Assembly: GCA_037443035.1 (NCBI GenBank)
Contig: JBBIPC010000008.1
Coordinates: 32,001-96,000 of the forward strand
Length of the DNA: 64,000 nt
Source of the DNA: Chthonomonadales bacterium
GTDB lineage: Bacteria; Armatimonadota; Chthonomonadetes; Chthonomonadales; CAJBBX01
Direction of reading: 5' to 3'
Shown here: positions 27,629 through 38,572 of the stretch, one piece after another
Position numbering within the stretch: the first letter of the stretch is position 1
Layout: each line of letters starts with the position of its first letter
Translations under genes and position numbers: made by a program
The notes under the pieces: model-generated
Seen by the model: the letters and a program-made list of their open reading frames with translations, nothing else
Told to the model about the DNA's origin: nothing
The model's database searches: none

Positions 27629-28849
27629 CTAGTCGGTGTCCGGCTCGGGTAGACGAATGACGTGCCCAAGTTTGTCGCGTTTCGTGCGCAGGTAACGCCT
27701 GTTGTACCGGTTGGGCCGAGTGACCAGCGGCAGCCACTCGACGATCTCGAGACCGTATCCTTCCAGCGCCGCTACCTTCGCCGGGTTATTGGTCATGAAT
27801 CGGAGCTTCCGAACGCCGAGGTCTGTGAGGATCTGGGCTCCGATGCCGTACTCACGTAGATCGGGTTTGAAGCCAAGGCGGAGGTTCGCTTCGACCGTGT
27901 CTGCACCGTGATCTTGCAGCGCGTACGCTCGCACCTTGTTCACCATGCCGATGCCGCGACCCTCCTGCTGAAGGTAGACTAACACCCCACGTCCTTCGTT
28001 GTGAATACGGAGAAGGGCCAGGTGAAGCTGGTCGCCACAGTCGCATCGGAGGGATTCGATGAGATCCCCAGTCAGGCAAGACGAATGTACGCGGACCAGA
28101 ACCGGCTCCTCCGTGCTTACCTCGCCCTTGACGAACGCAACAGCCGGAAACGGATCCACACTCGATTCGTAAGCGTACAACTGCCATTCGCCATAGCGCT
28201 TCGTCGGTAGGGTCGTCGTGGCGACACGGCTAACCAAGCGTTCGGTGCGCCTGCGAAACTTGATCAGGTCCGCGATGGTGACTAGCTTGCAGCCGAAGGA
28301 CTGTGCGATCTGCCATAGCTGCGGCAAGCGGGCCATGGTACCGTCTTCGTTCATGACCTCCGCCAGCACAGCCACGGGCTGAAGCCCTGCCATGCGACAG
28401 AGGTCCACGGCCGCCTCCGTGTGGCCGGACCGTTTGAGCACCCCGCCCTCTGCCGCTCGGAGTGGCACGATGTGGCCGGGGCGTGTCAGATCTTGTGGCT
28501 TAGTGCTCGGGTCTGCCAGCACGCGGACCGTTCTAGCTCGGTCAGATGCAGATACTCCGGTCGTCGTTCCTTCTCGAGCGTCCACCGTAACGGTCATGGC
28601 GGTGCCCAGCCTGGCCGTGTTATGCTCCACCATCATCGGGATGTTCAGCTCGGAAAGGCGCTGGGCTGTCATCGGCGCGCAGACGAAACCACTTCCGTAG
28701 CGGATCATGAGGTTCATGATTTCCGGCGTGCACTTCTCCGCCGCGACGATGAAGTCCCCTTCGTTCTCCCGGTCCTCGTCATCCACGACGATCAGGACCC
28801 GGCCTGCTCGGATGTCCTCGATGGCTTCAGGGATACTGGCGAACCTCAC
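27629..28849 (-). CDS. ribBA: bifunctional DHBP synthase / GTP cyclohydrolase II
   Basis: [45 protein letters not shown]. Confidence 0.96.
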   Translation of the reverse strand: MRFASIPEAIEDIRAGRVLIVVDDEDRENEGDFIVAAEKCTPEIMNLMIRYGSGFVCAPMTAQRLSELNIPMMVEHNTARLGTAMTVTVDAREGTTTGVSASDRARTVRVLADPSTKPQDLTRPGHIVPLRAAEGGVLKRSGHTEAAVDLCRMAGLQPVAVLAEVMNEDGTMARLPQLWQIAQSFGCKLVTIADLIKFRRRTERLVSRVATTTLPTKRYGEWQLYAYESSVDPFPAVAFVKGEVSTEEPVLVRVHSSCLTGDLIESLRCDCGDQLHLALLRIHNEGRGVLVYLQQEGRGIGMVNKVRAYALQDHGADTVEANLRLGFKPDLREYGIGAQILTDLGVRKLRFMTNNPAKVAALEGYGLEIVEWLPLVTRPNRYNRRYLRTKRDKLGHVIRLPEPDTD

Positions 28850-29511
28850 GCGTGCACCTCGCTCCCAGGCAGCATGAAACCGGCGGCCGCGAGCTTCTCG
28901 ACCGTCAACCCGGCCTCTTGCACGTGCAGCCCGAGCAACCGATCGACGTACTTACCGAGTATGTCAGCCTCGATGTTCACGGTGTCCCCTTCGCGGTGCT
29001 CACGGAACGTCGTGTTCCTGAGCGTATGGGGGATGATGGCGACACTGAACGTCTCCGTATCCAGCTCCGCGACGGTGAGGCTGACACCGTCCACGGCTAC
29101 CGATCCCTTGTAGACCATGAGACGCATGAGTTCCGGCTCGGCGTGGATCCGGATGACGCGGTCCGCACCTCGGTCATGGACAGACACGATTCGGCCGGTA
29201 CCGTCTACGTGACCGAGAACGAAATGCCCTCCCACTCTACCACCAACGGCCAGTGCCCGTTCCAGGTTGACGTTCTCGCCAGGACGCGTGTAACGAAGGG
29301 TGGACCTCTGCAACGTCTCGGTCACCGCGTCGAACGCCATTCTCGTGCCCAGGCAAGCTGTAACGGTGAGGCAGACCCCGTTGACAGAGACGCTGTCGTT
29401 GACTTGGGTACCGGCTGCGACTTTCGGCGCATTCACCGATATGCGCGTGACAGTGCCGGTACGGCGAACTTCCGTAACCTTGCCAACTTCCTCGACGATA
29501 CCGGTGAACAA
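28846..29511 (-). CDS. ribE: riboflavin synthase (alpha chain)
   Basis: [46 protein letters not shown]. Confidence 0.96.
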   Translation of the reverse strand: MFTGIVEEVGKVTEVRRTGTVTRISVNAPKVAAGTQVNDSVSVNGVCLTVTACLGTRMAFDAVTETLQRSTLRYTRPGENVNLERALAVGGRVGGHFVLGHVDGTGRIVSVHDRGADRVIRIHAEPELMRLMVYKGSVAVDGVSLTVAELDTETFSVAIIPHTLRNTTFREHREGDTVNIEADILGKYVDRLLGLHVQEAGLTVEKLAAAGFMLPGSEVHA

Positions 29512-29550
29512 AGATTCTCCCTCGCAGATGCGAACTGTGCTGCAGTAATC

Positions 29551-31617
29551 CTATTCTACCAGACCTTCAGTCCGTGCTTGGTTCGCGTTGCTCTCTGCCA
29601 GGGCGTGCAAGTGGAGGTAGAGACCCACGATAACCCAGACTCCGAAGATGAACAGGCCCGCAACGGTTCCAGTGTCATTGAACAGGAATGCGACGATGCT
29701 CGCGTATAGAGCCACTGGCCGCCACTGGAGCCACCATGGATACCTGGCTTCCAGCACCACTATATGCTGTCGCCCGTGCAGGGCAATGACTACGACAAAC
29801 CCTATGACGATTGCTAATGCCAGGACCGCGGGCCACGTGACCAGGATACTGAGGTTCATCAGGAGCTTCCGGGTGGCGATCTCGGCCAGGAGGTGGATGC
29901 CTTGCATCCTGGCATGCTGGAGGGAACCGCCGAGATGGGAGGCCGCAGGTCCAAAGAGGCTAGCATCCAACGTCGCGAATGCGAATGCGGCGGCCACTCC
30001 GAGCAAGGCAGAGCCCACAAACCAGCGAGCCTGCCATCGCGAGACGCGGTTCCGCTGAACCTCGCACGCACACGCAGCAACCGCAGTGACCACTCCGCCG
30101 GCGTTGGCGCCGAACACGCCAAGACCGAAGAACGCAGCGAGGACCAAACCTGCTAGAGCAAATGCCCTGCGCCTAGCACCGGTCATGTATAGCAGACTTA
30201 GCGATGCACCCACTAGAATTCCCATGTACTCGTTTCCGACGCCATAGAAGCGTATGCCGCCCATGCCACACGCAGCAAGGAGGGACATCTTCGACAGGTG
30301 CTGACCCGTGACACCGTCCAGGACGATGACAAGACACGTTGTGGCCAGGAAAATGCACAGTTCAGCCGGCCACACCTGCGAGCATCGCAGCAGCCTCGCC
30401 GACATCGCGACCAGCCAACTCAGTAAGCATGCCGCGGCAGCGACCAGGGTCCCGTAGAGCCAGGCAGGAATAGGGAATGGAGTCACGCTGACAACCCAGC
30501 CTGCGATCAGGAAAACGAGAGGGAGTGTCATGCAGAGGCGTAGGAGCAGGAGCGCAGGACCGGCCAACTCCTGACGCCTGGCCATCGCCCACAGAGCCAT
30601 GGTACCGGATACTGCGAGTACAAGGCCGCAAGCCAGAAGGACTGGGACCATGGCACTGATGTTCGATCGGGCCAACCCATCCCACCGGCCGACGACGCTC
30701 GCGGCATGCTCCTCGGCCCAAGCCTCCACGGGATGGAAGATCGAGGCAGTGCCACCTTTCACCCAGGACAGCAACGTCGACTTCACATCGGCGAACGAGA
30801 TCACGCCGGCCGTGCGCGTGGTCCGGGATAGGAGCACGCCACGAGGAATGCCAGGACCCCACAGGATCGCCAGCGTCGGCCGTACCGCGAACTCGTTTCC
30901 GTGGCCGGGAGCTCTCGTGCCGAGGATCCAGAGGCGTGTTCGCTGGCGAATGGCTGCGGCAGCGTACTGCTCCGCGAGACCGAGATCGGTGCCGACGTGC
31001 ACCACCCGTACCGCGCTCGCGTTGTACCCGCAAGGAGCGATGCCGGTCTCGTCCACCGCCAAGAGCCCAGCCAGTCGAGATTGATTGCCAGCAGCGGGGA
31101 GAATATCCGCGCCTAACGCACGTGGCGGCGATGCCGCTCCGACGAGCACTAGGGCCAGACCACGGCGCCGCAGGCTGGCGATGCCGAGGTGGACCACGTA
31201 ACAGGGTAGGTCTGGCAAGTCCGCGCCTGTGCGCCGGTGTAGAACCAGTCCAGCAGGGTCCCCCTCGACGACCTCGCCGTTGTCGTAGAGCTGACTGTCT
31301 CCGGGACAGGCTTGCGTTGCCTGCCCGGACGCCATGCTGAGAACGGCCGAAGCCTCGTCTCGTGCGACCGTTACCGGCATAGCCACCACCGCCAGCGCTC
31401 CGCCGCGCGCGGCCGTGTGCAGCGCAGGATAACGTGGGTCGGCCAAGGCGTCGAGCGTCAGCCCGGAGCATAGGACGACGGATGTGGACGGGGCTGCCTT
31501 TGCGTCCGCTGTGCTCGACATCCCTGTCAGTACGAACGCAAGGACGACTGCCTTCCGCGAGGCAACAGGATAACGAAGAAGATTACGCCACCGAATGCGA
31601 CCACTACGCAGCAGCAT
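29551..31617 (-). CDS. conserved membrane protein with N-terminal extracytoplasmic domain and multi-TM C-terminal domain
   Basis: Many TM helices; RFYGVGNEYMG, GANAGG, RKL.MN and FNDTG motifs; TTRTAGVISFADV resembles an alkaline-phosphatase-like remnant. Confidence 0.7.
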   Translation of the reverse strand: MLLRSGRIRWRNLLRYPVASRKAVVLAFVLTGMSSTADAKAAPSTSVVLCSGLTLDALADPRYPALHTAARGGALAVVAMPVTVARDEASAVLSMASGQATQACPGDSQLYDNGEVVEGDPAGLVLHRRTGADLPDLPCYVVHLGIASLRRRGLALVLVGAASPPRALGADILPAAGNQSRLAGLLAVDETGIAPCGYNASAVRVVHVGTDLGLAEQYAAAAIRQRTRLWILGTRAPGHGNEFAVRPTLAILWGPGIPRGVLLSRTTRTAGVISFADVKSTLLSWVKGGTASIFHPVEAWAEEHAASVVGRWDGLARSNISAMVPVLLACGLVLAVSGTMALWAMARRQELAGPALLLLRLCMTLPLVFLIAGWVVSVTPFPIPAWLYGTLVAAAACLLSWLVAMSARLLRCSQVWPAELCIFLATTCLVIVLDGVTGQHLSKMSLLAACGMGGIRFYGVGNEYMGILVGASLSLLYMTGARRRAFALAGLVLAAFFGLGVFGANAGGVVTAVAACACEVQRNRVSRWQARWFVGSALLGVAAAFAFATLDASLFGPAASHLGGSLQHARMQGIHLLAEIATRKLLMNLSILVTWPAVLALAIVIGFVVVIALHGRQHIVVLEARYPWWLQWRPVALYASIVAFLFNDTGTVAGLFIFGVWVIVGLYLHLHALAESNANQARTEGLVE

Positions 31618-33283
31618 CAGTGTCGCGTTTCAGCATGGAACGCACATGCTCACGCACGGCATCGGTGACCTGGGTGCCTGCCAGCATGCGGACGAGCTCT
31701 TCCACACGCTCATCCTCGTCGAGGAGGCGAACTTCGACGACGGTTCGCGAATCCCTCTCGACCTTGGAGATCGCGAAGTGCTGCCGCGCTGCCGCGGCGA
31801 TCTGCGCGAGGTGGGTGATGCAGATTACCTGGGCATGGGAGGCTAGGAGGTGCATCTTCCTGCCTATAGCCTCCGCCGTGCGGCCGCCAATGCCAGCGTC
31901 AATCTCGTCGAAGACCATGGTGGGCAGAGGAGATCGTGAAGCAGCGGCGCTCTTGATCGCCAGCATGACGCGCGAGATCTCGCCGCCTGACGCTATCCGA
32001 GCAAGGGGACGCACAGGCTCGCCAGCATTCGCTGCGAACAAGAACTCGACAGCGTCCCTGCCGTTCGGACCCTCCACGCAGTCTGCAACAGAGACTTCGA
32101 AACGGGCCTGCTCGAGTGCTACGTCTGCCAGTTCTGCCTCGACGGCGTCCTGGAATCGGACGGCAACCTCGTGGCGTAGCCGACTGAGATGCGCTGCTGA
32201 CTGGTCATAGGTCCGGCGAGCTTTTTCGATTTCGGCTCGCAGCCGTTCTGTGTTGGTGTCATACTGCTCCAGCTCCGCCAGTTCCGCTGCAGCCTGCTCT
32301 CCGTACGCAAGCACCTCGTCTACGGTGGCACCATACTTGCGTTTCAGGTCAGCTATCGTCGAGAGGCGGTGCTGGATCGCATCGAGACGATCTGGGTCGG
32401 CGTCGAGTTCTTCCAGATATCTGGTCAGAGTGCGGGTCGCTTCCTCCATGTCGTATCGTGCCGTGTGGACTGCTTGCGCGACGGGTGACAACGTGCTATC
32501 CAGGCCAGTTGTGCCGTCCAGCTCTCTCGCAGCGCATGCCAGGGCGTCTACCGCCGATGCGGGACCTGCGCTGAGCCACTGCACAGCTTCCGCTATGCCT
32601 TCGCGCAGTCGTTCGACGTTCCGCAGGCGTAGCAGCTCGGTCTGGAGCTCCTCCTCCTCTCCAGAATGCAAGGCGGCAGAGGCGATCTCCTGAACCTGGA
32701 ACCTGTAGAGATCCATCTGGCGCAGGCGCTCTCGAGCGTTCGTCTCGTGGCGCTCCAGTCGGGCTTGCAGATCGCGCATACGGTTCCATGCGGCAGCTAC
32801 GGCCATCGAAGCCTCCCGGATCGCGGATCCTCCCCACTCGTCGAGAAGCTCCCCGTGCCGCTTCACCGAAAGGAGGGATTGGTGTTCGTGTTGGCCGTGA
32901 AGGTCAACGAGCCACTCGCCGACCTCGCGCAGAGCCGAGATTGCCGCCGGACGCCCTCCAATGCGGGCTAGCGACTTGCCGTTGTCCTGCACCTCGCGTG
33001 TCAAGAGCAGTTCACCGTCTGTGGCGTCGTAGCCAAGTTCTCCCAGCGCTGTAAGGAAAGGCTCTATCCCTCCGACGTCGAAGACTGCGTCCACGACGGC
33101 TCTCGAGGTGCCAGACCGGACGATGTCCGGGGTTGTGCGGCCTCCCAGAACGATGGATAACGCGCCGACAATGATGGATTTCCCAGCACCCGTCTCGCCC
33201 GTAAGGACGTTGAGCCCGGGCCCGAACTCCAGGTCCAGCTCGTCAATGATGGCCAGATTCCGGATGGCTAGCGTGCGGAGCAA
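31604..33283 (-). CDS. recN: DNA repair protein RecN
   Basis: LTGETGAGKS, HGQHEHQ, coiled coil, ASGGEISR, FDEIDAG, ITHLAQ. Confidence 0.96.
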   Translation of the reverse strand: MLRTLAIRNLAIIDELDLEFGPGLNVLTGETGAGKSIIVGALSIVLGGRTTPDIVRSGTSRAVVDAVFDVGGIEPFLTALGELGYDATDGELLLTREVQDNGKSLARIGGRPAAISALREVGEWLVDLHGQHEHQSLLSVKRHGELLDEWGGSAIREASMAVAAAWNRMRDLQARLERHETNARERLRQMDLYRFQVQEIASAALHSGEEEELQTELLRLRNVERLREGIAEAVQWLSAGPASAVDALACAARELDGTTGLDSTLSPVAQAVHTARYDMEEATRTLTRYLEELDADPDRLDAIQHRLSTIADLKRKYGATVDEVLAYGEQAAAELAELEQYDTNTERLRAEIEKARRTYDQSAAHLSRLRHEVAVRFQDAVEAELADVALEQARFEVSVADCVEGPNGRDAVEFLFAANAGEPVRPLARIASGGEISRVMLAIKSAAASRSPLPTMVFDEIDAGIGGRTAEAIGRKMHLLASHAQVICITHLAQIAAAARQHFAISKVERDSRTVVEVRLLDEDERVEELVRMLAGTQVTDAVREHVRSMLKRDTDAAA

Positions 33284-33327
33284 GGCACGTCCTCCAAGCT
33301 ACACCATGGGGCGGCCGCCCCGAGGCG

Positions 33328-35313
33328 TCATGGCCAGAATGCGTAGGTGGGCATGTCCAGCACAATACCCACGATGGTCCACATACTGCCAATGATACAC
33401 TCACCGAGAATGACGCCGAGGAACAGGGGCAGCCAGTGTCGGTAGGCCTTTAGTCCTCCGTACCGGAGAATCACCAGTTTCAGTATCCAGGCAACCATGA
33501 GCGGTAGCCACAGGAGCGATAGGGACCATGAGCCGGATACCGCATACCCCACTGGGTGGAAGGGGAACCAGCTCAATCGGAGACGGAGCATGTTCAGCAC
33601 GAGGGTCAGGAGGAATCCAGCCGCGATGGCCAGGCGCGTGTTGAACTGCTGTTGCGGTGGTGCGGGAGACCGGACCCAGCCGCTCATGCGGTTCCAAGGC
33701 TCGCTACCAAAAATGAGGTTCACGTTGGGGGGCGCGATCTTCTCTGCGGCGCCGACCTGGTAGTTCTGGTGCAGCATGGCCCAGAACGCACTCAACGCGC
33801 CGAACGCGAGGGCGAGCAGCATGGCCCAAAACAAAGGCTGGTAGCGTCCGCCAAGTCGCTCCGCCATCTTGAATCCCTCCAGTTGGATGGGCATAGGATG
33901 AGAGCGATAGGCCCGATTGAACCCGTAGAACATGGAGAACATTGCCAGATCGGGCCGCGAGATCTGATTCGATTGGGTCACTGCCGGGATTATGCTGTCC
34001 GGACCGGCCATGTGGAGGTCATGCGCCGGCGGGCCTAGTTCCGCACGCATGCGAGTAATGGCGATGGCCAGCACGAAGTAGATGGCGAAGAAGGCGAAGA
34101 TCATCCCAGGCGTCATGCGGCACGCAACGCAGAACGCGTAGATGGCACCGGAACCGAGCACAAGACCAGCAAACGCCACGCGGTAAGGAAGCGGTTCTTG
34201 GGCATCCTGAAGGTCTACTCTCGGTCTCAACAGGTTCTGCCAGATACGCACGAAGTGCGCACGGCTTACGTATAGAGCGAAGACCGCCAGTCCCACGTAT
34301 GCACCGAACTGCTGGGCTTCCGGGTAGGGAAAGCCCGGAATGTTGCCATATCCAAAGGCTGCCGTCGCAATCCGCTCGGCACGCCAGAACCATGCGAAGA
34401 ACCACACAGAGAAGAGCAAATCAACCGGAAGCAACATGCCTAGGGCAACGCCGAAGGGATAGATGGCGATGGGCGTCCAACCCATGGCGTTCCAGGGAGG
34501 CGATGTAATGAACTGGTTCAGGTCCTGCATGGCGCCGAACCGTTTCAGGGGCAGTGCGGGGAGCGACGGATAGAGGTATGCAATGCCGTTCCAGACCTCC
34601 AGGACCGCTGCGATCGCGACACCGGACCAGAAGAGCCGGTTCCTGAACAGCTCGGTCCTCTCGTTCACCATCTCCAGCGGTAGTGCAACGAGCGGGTACG
34701 ACAGGCGCTCGCTCTCGGTCCATTGTCGCCGCAGTAGAGTGTTGATGCAGAGCATCATGAAACCGAGTAGCGTGAGAAACCCTGACCAGACCAGCACGGG
34801 ACCGAGCCACGCGCGGATGTTCCTTGCGACGTAGAATGTATTGGTTCCTTCGTAGAACTCCTTGAGAGCCTGCTGGTCGGAAACGGATAGCCACTTCGGA
34901 ATGTACGGGATGATATCCGTGAGCCAGTTGTTCTCCGGACGTGCGTAGAAATGGGCATGGGAGAGGATCGGGGTCAGGACCTCGATCATGTCGTGGCCGG
35001 CAATGGCCGAACCGAGAGCCAGCATGATATACAGCGTAATGAGTTCAGGTGGGGTGAGGGCAAGAGGACGCCAGATCTTGCGAGCAAGGGAGTTCACCGC
35101 CAGCAGCACGGCGAGCAAGAAGACGACATTGAAGAAGAGGGAGATCGTCGTCGGATGGCCGGCGTAGCGTACAACCTCCATGCGCGTTACCCAGAACGCG
35201 TTGATGGGCAGGAGGAGAAGTGCGATGAGTATGACGCGCGGAGTCACCATCCGAACACGTGTAGTGCGTCGTGCTGGCACGTTCGTGTCGGAGAAGCTGG
35301 GTTGTATCTGCAA
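33328..35313 (-). CDS. polytopic membrane protein, DUF6785/DUF6784-like (possible transporter)
   Basis: Many TM helices; RRQWTESERLSYPL, RMRAELG, WFPFHPVGY, ILRYGG..PLFLGVILG. Family name is from recognition, not a search. Confidence 0.7.
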   Translation of the reverse strand: MQIQPSFSDTNVPARRTTRVRMVTPRVILIALLLLPINAFWVTRMEVVRYAGHPTTISLFFNVVFLLAVLLAVNSLARKIWRPLALTPPELITLYIMLALGSAIAGHDMIEVLTPILSHAHFYARPENNWLTDIIPYIPKWLSVSDQQALKEFYEGTNTFYVARNIRAWLGPVLVWSGFLTLLGFMMLCINTLLRRQWTESERLSYPLVALPLEMVNERTELFRNRLFWSGVAIAAVLEVWNGIAYLYPSLPALPLKRFGAMQDLNQFITSPPWNAMGWTPIAIYPFGVALGMLLPVDLLFSVWFFAWFWRAERIATAAFGYGNIPGFPYPEAQQFGAYVGLAVFALYVSRAHFVRIWQNLLRPRVDLQDAQEPLPYRVAFAGLVLGSGAIYAFCVACRMTPGMIFAFFAIYFVLAIAITRMRAELGPPAHDLHMAGPDSIIPAVTQSNQISRPDLAMFSMFYGFNRAYRSHPMPIQLEGFKMAERLGGRYQPLFWAMLLALAFGALSAFWAMLHQNYQVGAAEKIAPPNVNLIFGSEPWNRMSGWVRSPAPPQQQFNTRLAIAAGFLLTLVLNMLRLRLSWFPFHPVGYAVSGSWSLSLLWLPLMVAWILKLVILRYGGLKAYRHWLPLFLGVILGECIIGSMWTIVGIVLDMPTYAFWP

Positions 35314-35440
35314 TGCTGGTTGCCTCAGGACCGCGGGCGGGTTCTATGCGAGTACATAACAATACCCCGTAACGCGCCCTCGGATGCATCGCTGCAGGAC
35401 GCCGAGGGGAGCTCAGTACTGCCGACGGTGCGAGGGGGTG

Positions 35441-35449
35441 TGCTACACT
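35441..35449 (+). promoter_or_regulatory. extended -10 element upstream of cysE
   Basis: TG-C-TACACT about 70 nt before the ATG. Confidence 0.4.
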
Positions 35450-35520
35450 CCAGCACGACCGCGGGATCCACCGTCACTGGCGGTCAGGCGTATCACGTGG
35501 CGGCCCGACACTTCTGAAAC

Positions 35521-36255
35521 ATGTTCGCCAGACTCCGCGAAGACATACAGACCGCTATGCGACGGGATCCGGCAGCGCGGAACGTCTGGATGGTGCTGTC
35601 GTACCCGGGTGTGCACGCGATTGTCCTGCATCGCGTTGCGCACTGGCTCTGGAACTTCCGTCTGCCACCGCGGGAATTCTGGAAAGTCATCGCTCGATGG
35701 ATCTCTCACTTCTCGCGGCTCGTCACAGGGATAGAGATCCACCCGGGCGCAAGGATCGGTCGTCGGTTCTTCATTGACCACGGTATGGGAGTAGTGATCG
35801 GCGAAACGGCCGAGATCGGTGACGATGTGCTCATGTTCCATCAAGTCACGCTTGGCGGAACACAGTTCGATCGAGCGAAGCGGCACCCCACCATAGGGAA
35901 CGGTGTGTTGATAGGCATGGGAGCCAAGATCATCGGGGCCGTGAAGATAGGAGACAATTCCAAGATCGGCGCCAATGCGGTGGTCAACCGAGATGTCCCT
36001 CCCAACTGCACAGTAGTAGGTGTGCCAGGCCGCATCGTCGTGCGTGATGGATTACGAGTTGACCCCGAGACCGAGGTCATGGACAACATTACGAATAGGG
36101 TGGATCCACAGGATGAGGTCATACGGGAGCTCAGGCAGAGACTAGAGCTGTTGGAACAGCACATCGAGAAGCTCGATGACCACCTGGCTCAGCACGAGAA
36201 GCTTTCGCGAGGGACGTCGGCGACGGACGAGATGGTCCGCACAGGAGACACGTAG
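35521..36255 (+). CDS. cysE: serine O-acetyltransferase
   Basis: [51 protein letters not shown]. Confidence 0.93.
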   Translation: MFARLREDIQTAMRRDPAARNVWMVLSYPGVHAIVLHRVAHWLWNFRLPPREFWKVIARWISHFSRLVTGIEIHPGARIGRRFFIDHGMGVVIGETAEIGDDVLMFHQVTLGGTQFDRAKRHPTIGNGVLIGMGAKIIGAVKIGDNSKIGANAVVNRDVPPNCTVVGVPGRIVVRDGLRVDPETEVMDNITNRVDPQDEVIRELRQRLELLEQHIEKLDDHLAQHEKLSRGTSATDEMVRTGDT

Positions 36256-36260
36256 GCACC

Positions 36261-37703
36261 ATGAAGGTTCGGCATACAGTGGCTGTTTCGGTCGGGCTGG
36301 TATTCGCGCTTGCCGGCGGTGTCACAGTGGCGGTGTCGGCACGGGCCGCTCACGAACGACACGAGCTGCCCGACTGGGTGACGATCTGCGGCAAAGCGTA
36401 TCCTGGCCGCACCGCTGACGAGATCCGTTCACTGCTCTCCGGCTGGCAAACAGCGGAACGGCGACGCTCCTTCACCGTCGTCGTGACCGAGCCAGCTCGT
36501 GGGCGGCGCATGTGGACCACCATGCGAGGCGTCCTGGGTGCCGAGCCGGACCTGGAGGCCATGATACAGAAAGCATTCACGGCGGCGGACTCGGAGGGGT
36601 TCGTGGAGCGGCTCGGGCGCTGGCTGGGTCGTAAGGACCCTGTGGACATCGGGCCTCTGTGGCGCGTGGACAGCAACACCCAGGAGAATTGGCTCCGTCA
36701 CCGGGTGGCTCCACTTGTGCAGCGCAAGCCGGTTGACGCCCGTCTGCGCCTGGAGAGCGGCCGTCCGGTCGTCACGCAGGATTCGCCGGGGCAGGAGCTA
36801 GAGCTGCCAGCGGCGGTCGGTATCGTCAGCCGCGCTCTGTGTGACCCGAATGCCGAAAAGGCGGAAGTGCCTGTACGGTCGGTACCGGCTGATGTGACGG
36901 TATCCGACGCCGCCGGTATCGAGGCCGAAATCGCCTCGTTCGAGACGCACTATGCGGAAAAGGGCAACCGGAGACGCAATCTGGAACTGGCTTGCTCTCT
37001 CGTCAATGGCACCATCATCAAGCCTGGCCGTGTCTTCTCCTTCAATGAGACGGTAGGCCCTCGGGAAGCCACGAACGGCTTTCGAGTCGCCCCAGTGATC
37101 GTGCAAGGAAGAATGGAGGCCGGCATGGGAGGCGGGGTGTGCCAGGTATCCAGCACGGTTTACAATGCCGCGCTCCTTGCCGGTCTCGATGTAGTCGCTC
37201 GACACCATCACGCCTTTCCCGTGCACTACGTACCACCTGGCCGGGACGCGACAGTCGTGTACGGCGCTATAGACCTCAAACTGAAAAACAACACAGGCTC
37301 AGCGATCGGGTTCATCGCCGACGGCACGAACGGCAGGGTTCGTGTACGGGTGTTCGGCCGACCGAGGCCCGGCGTGACGATCAGCTTGGAGCGCAGCGGC
37401 ATCTCGTCATGGGCGCCGCCGGTCAAGACGCTGCGAGTGAGCTCCCTGCCCCTCGGCAAGACCGTTGTCAAGGAGCCGGGACGGGCAGGTCACCGCGTCT
37501 CGGTCTGGAGGGTGTACCGCGAGCGCGGTCGAGTGGTGAAGCGCGAAATCATCTCACGCGATCTGTATCGTGCTTTTCCTCGGATCGTCTGGGTGGGAAT
37601 CGCTCCCAAGTCCCCAGCAACAAGTGTGCAGCCAGTCGGTGAGGCAACCGTCCCGCCGTCGCGGTCCCTACCCGTAGTCGGTAGCGGACAGTCAACACCC
37701 TAG
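36261..37703 (+). CDS. VanW family protein (PG-binding, VanW and G5-like domains)
   Basis: FSFNETVGPR, GGGVCQVSSTVYNAAL, YVPPGRDATV, DLKLKN; N-terminal TM. Confidence 0.9.
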   Translation: MKVRHTVAVSVGLVFALAGGVTVAVSARAAHERHELPDWVTICGKAYPGRTADEIRSLLSGWQTAERRRSFTVVVTEPARGRRMWTTMRGVLGAEPDLEAMIQKAFTAADSEGFVERLGRWLGRKDPVDIGPLWRVDSNTQENWLRHRVAPLVQRKPVDARLRLESGRPVVTQDSPGQELELPAAVGIVSRALCDPNAEKAEVPVRSVPADVTVSDAAGIEAEIASFETHYAEKGNRRRNLELACSLVNGTIIKPGRVFSFNETVGPREATNGFRVAPVIVQGRMEAGMGGGVCQVSSTVYNAALLAGLDVVARHHHAFPVHYVPPGRDATVVYGAIDLKLKNNTGSAIGFIADGTNGRVRVRVFGRPRPGVTISLERSGISSWAPPVKTLRVSSLPLGKTVVKEPGRAGHRVSVWRVYRERGRVVKREIISRDLYRAFPRIVWVGIAPKSPATSVQPVGEATVPPSRSLPVVGSGQSTP

Positions 37704-37734
37704 CTGCACTAGCCGCGGTTCTCTAAGCCATTTA

Positions 37735-37780
37735 GCAGTCACGGGCGCTTTGCGCGCCGCGACGGTCGCGCCCGGATTGC
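37735..37780. terminator. stem-loop downstream of vanW
   Basis: GCAGTC-A-CGGGCGC ... GCGCCCG-GATTGC inverted repeat. Confidence 0.45.
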
Positions 37781-38061
37781 GATTCGCCCAACCCCTCTGC
37801 CCCCTGCCATCACCTTCCTGAGGCGTAGCTATCCTCTGTCTGCGCCACTCGATTGCGATCGTCCACACGCCCAGCGAGGAGTACTGAGTCGCGTCCGACG
37901 CAGTGTTCCCGAAGGCTTTCCATTCTCAGCGTCATAGGTCCCAGGCAGCAGTTCACATGTGGGACAAGATTCCACCGATTGTACTTGCCATGTACCGTAT
38001 AAAGCTGTCTGTTACAATACGTGATCTTCACTCAGGTGTGGTAAGAATTTCCCGCTTCCTA

Positions 38062-38091
38062 TTGACACATGGGCCAATAGAAGCGTAGAAT
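38062..38091 (+). promoter_or_regulatory. dcw cluster promoter
   Basis: TTGACA-N18-TAGAAT, overlapped by two ATGGGCC direct repeats 21 bp apart. Confidence 0.7.
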
Positions 38092-38100
38092 GGGCCTATC

Positions 38101-38568
38101 ATGAGCAGTCCAGTCCCATCGGGCTTCGTCCTCTACGGGCTCTTCGACGCTACGCTCGACAATAAGGGCCGACTGCTCCTGCCGACCGACCTCCGCGGCC
38201 TGCCTACGAAGAAGCTGGTCCTCATGCACAGGCCCGACCATGCCATTGCAGCGTTTCCTGAACAGGTCTATCAGCAAATCCTGGCTCGCCACGGTGCATC
38301 TGTTGCCGAGTCCGACAGCTTCTTGCTCAAGCGACTGCTGGGTGGGGTGCACGAGGCGCTCCTCGATCAGGCGCATCGGTTTTTTATCCCGGAGATCTTC
38401 CGGCGGTGGGCGGGTTTGGACGACTCCAGGCACGCTGTCCTTCTTGGGACGGGCAATTGCATCGAGATCTGGGAGTACTCGCGCTACCAGGCCGCAACGG
38501 AACAACAACTGACCGAGGCTGCGGTTAGGGCGGAACTTGAGAGGATTGGCCTGAAGGGGCTGGTCTAG
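38101..38568 (+). CDS. mraZ: transcriptional regulator MraZ
   Basis: Two DxxxR motifs (LDNKGRL, LDQAHRF), IEIW; first gene of the dcw cluster. Confidence 0.88.
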   Translation: MSSPVPSGFVLYGLFDATLDNKGRLLLPTDLRGLPTKKLVLMHRPDHAIAAFPEQVYQQILARHGASVAESDSFLLKRLLGGVHEALLDQAHRFFIPEIFRRWAGLDDSRHAVLLGTGNCIEIWEYSRYQAATEQQLTEAAVRAELERIGLKGLV

Positions 38569-38572
38569 GACC

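Noticed and set aside
29512..29550. FMN riboswitch ahead of the rib genes
   Set aside because: The intergenic gap is only 39 bp and has no RFN motifs; ribD is also not in the window.
35314..35520. T-box or SAH/SAM riboswitch upstream of cysE
   Set aside because: Hairpins exist (CCCTCGG/CCGAGGG, GACCGC/GCGGTC) but there is no GGTGGNACC T-box motif, terminator or recognisable aptamer core.
36261..37703. vanW as evidence of vancomycin resistance
   Set aside because: No vanHAX or vanRS genes nearby; VanW-domain proteins are widespread outside resistance loci.
37704..38060. Small gene or ncRNA in the gap before mraZ
   Set aside because: Short ORFs lack RBS and motifs; only a hairpin and AT-richer promoter-like DNA are supportable.
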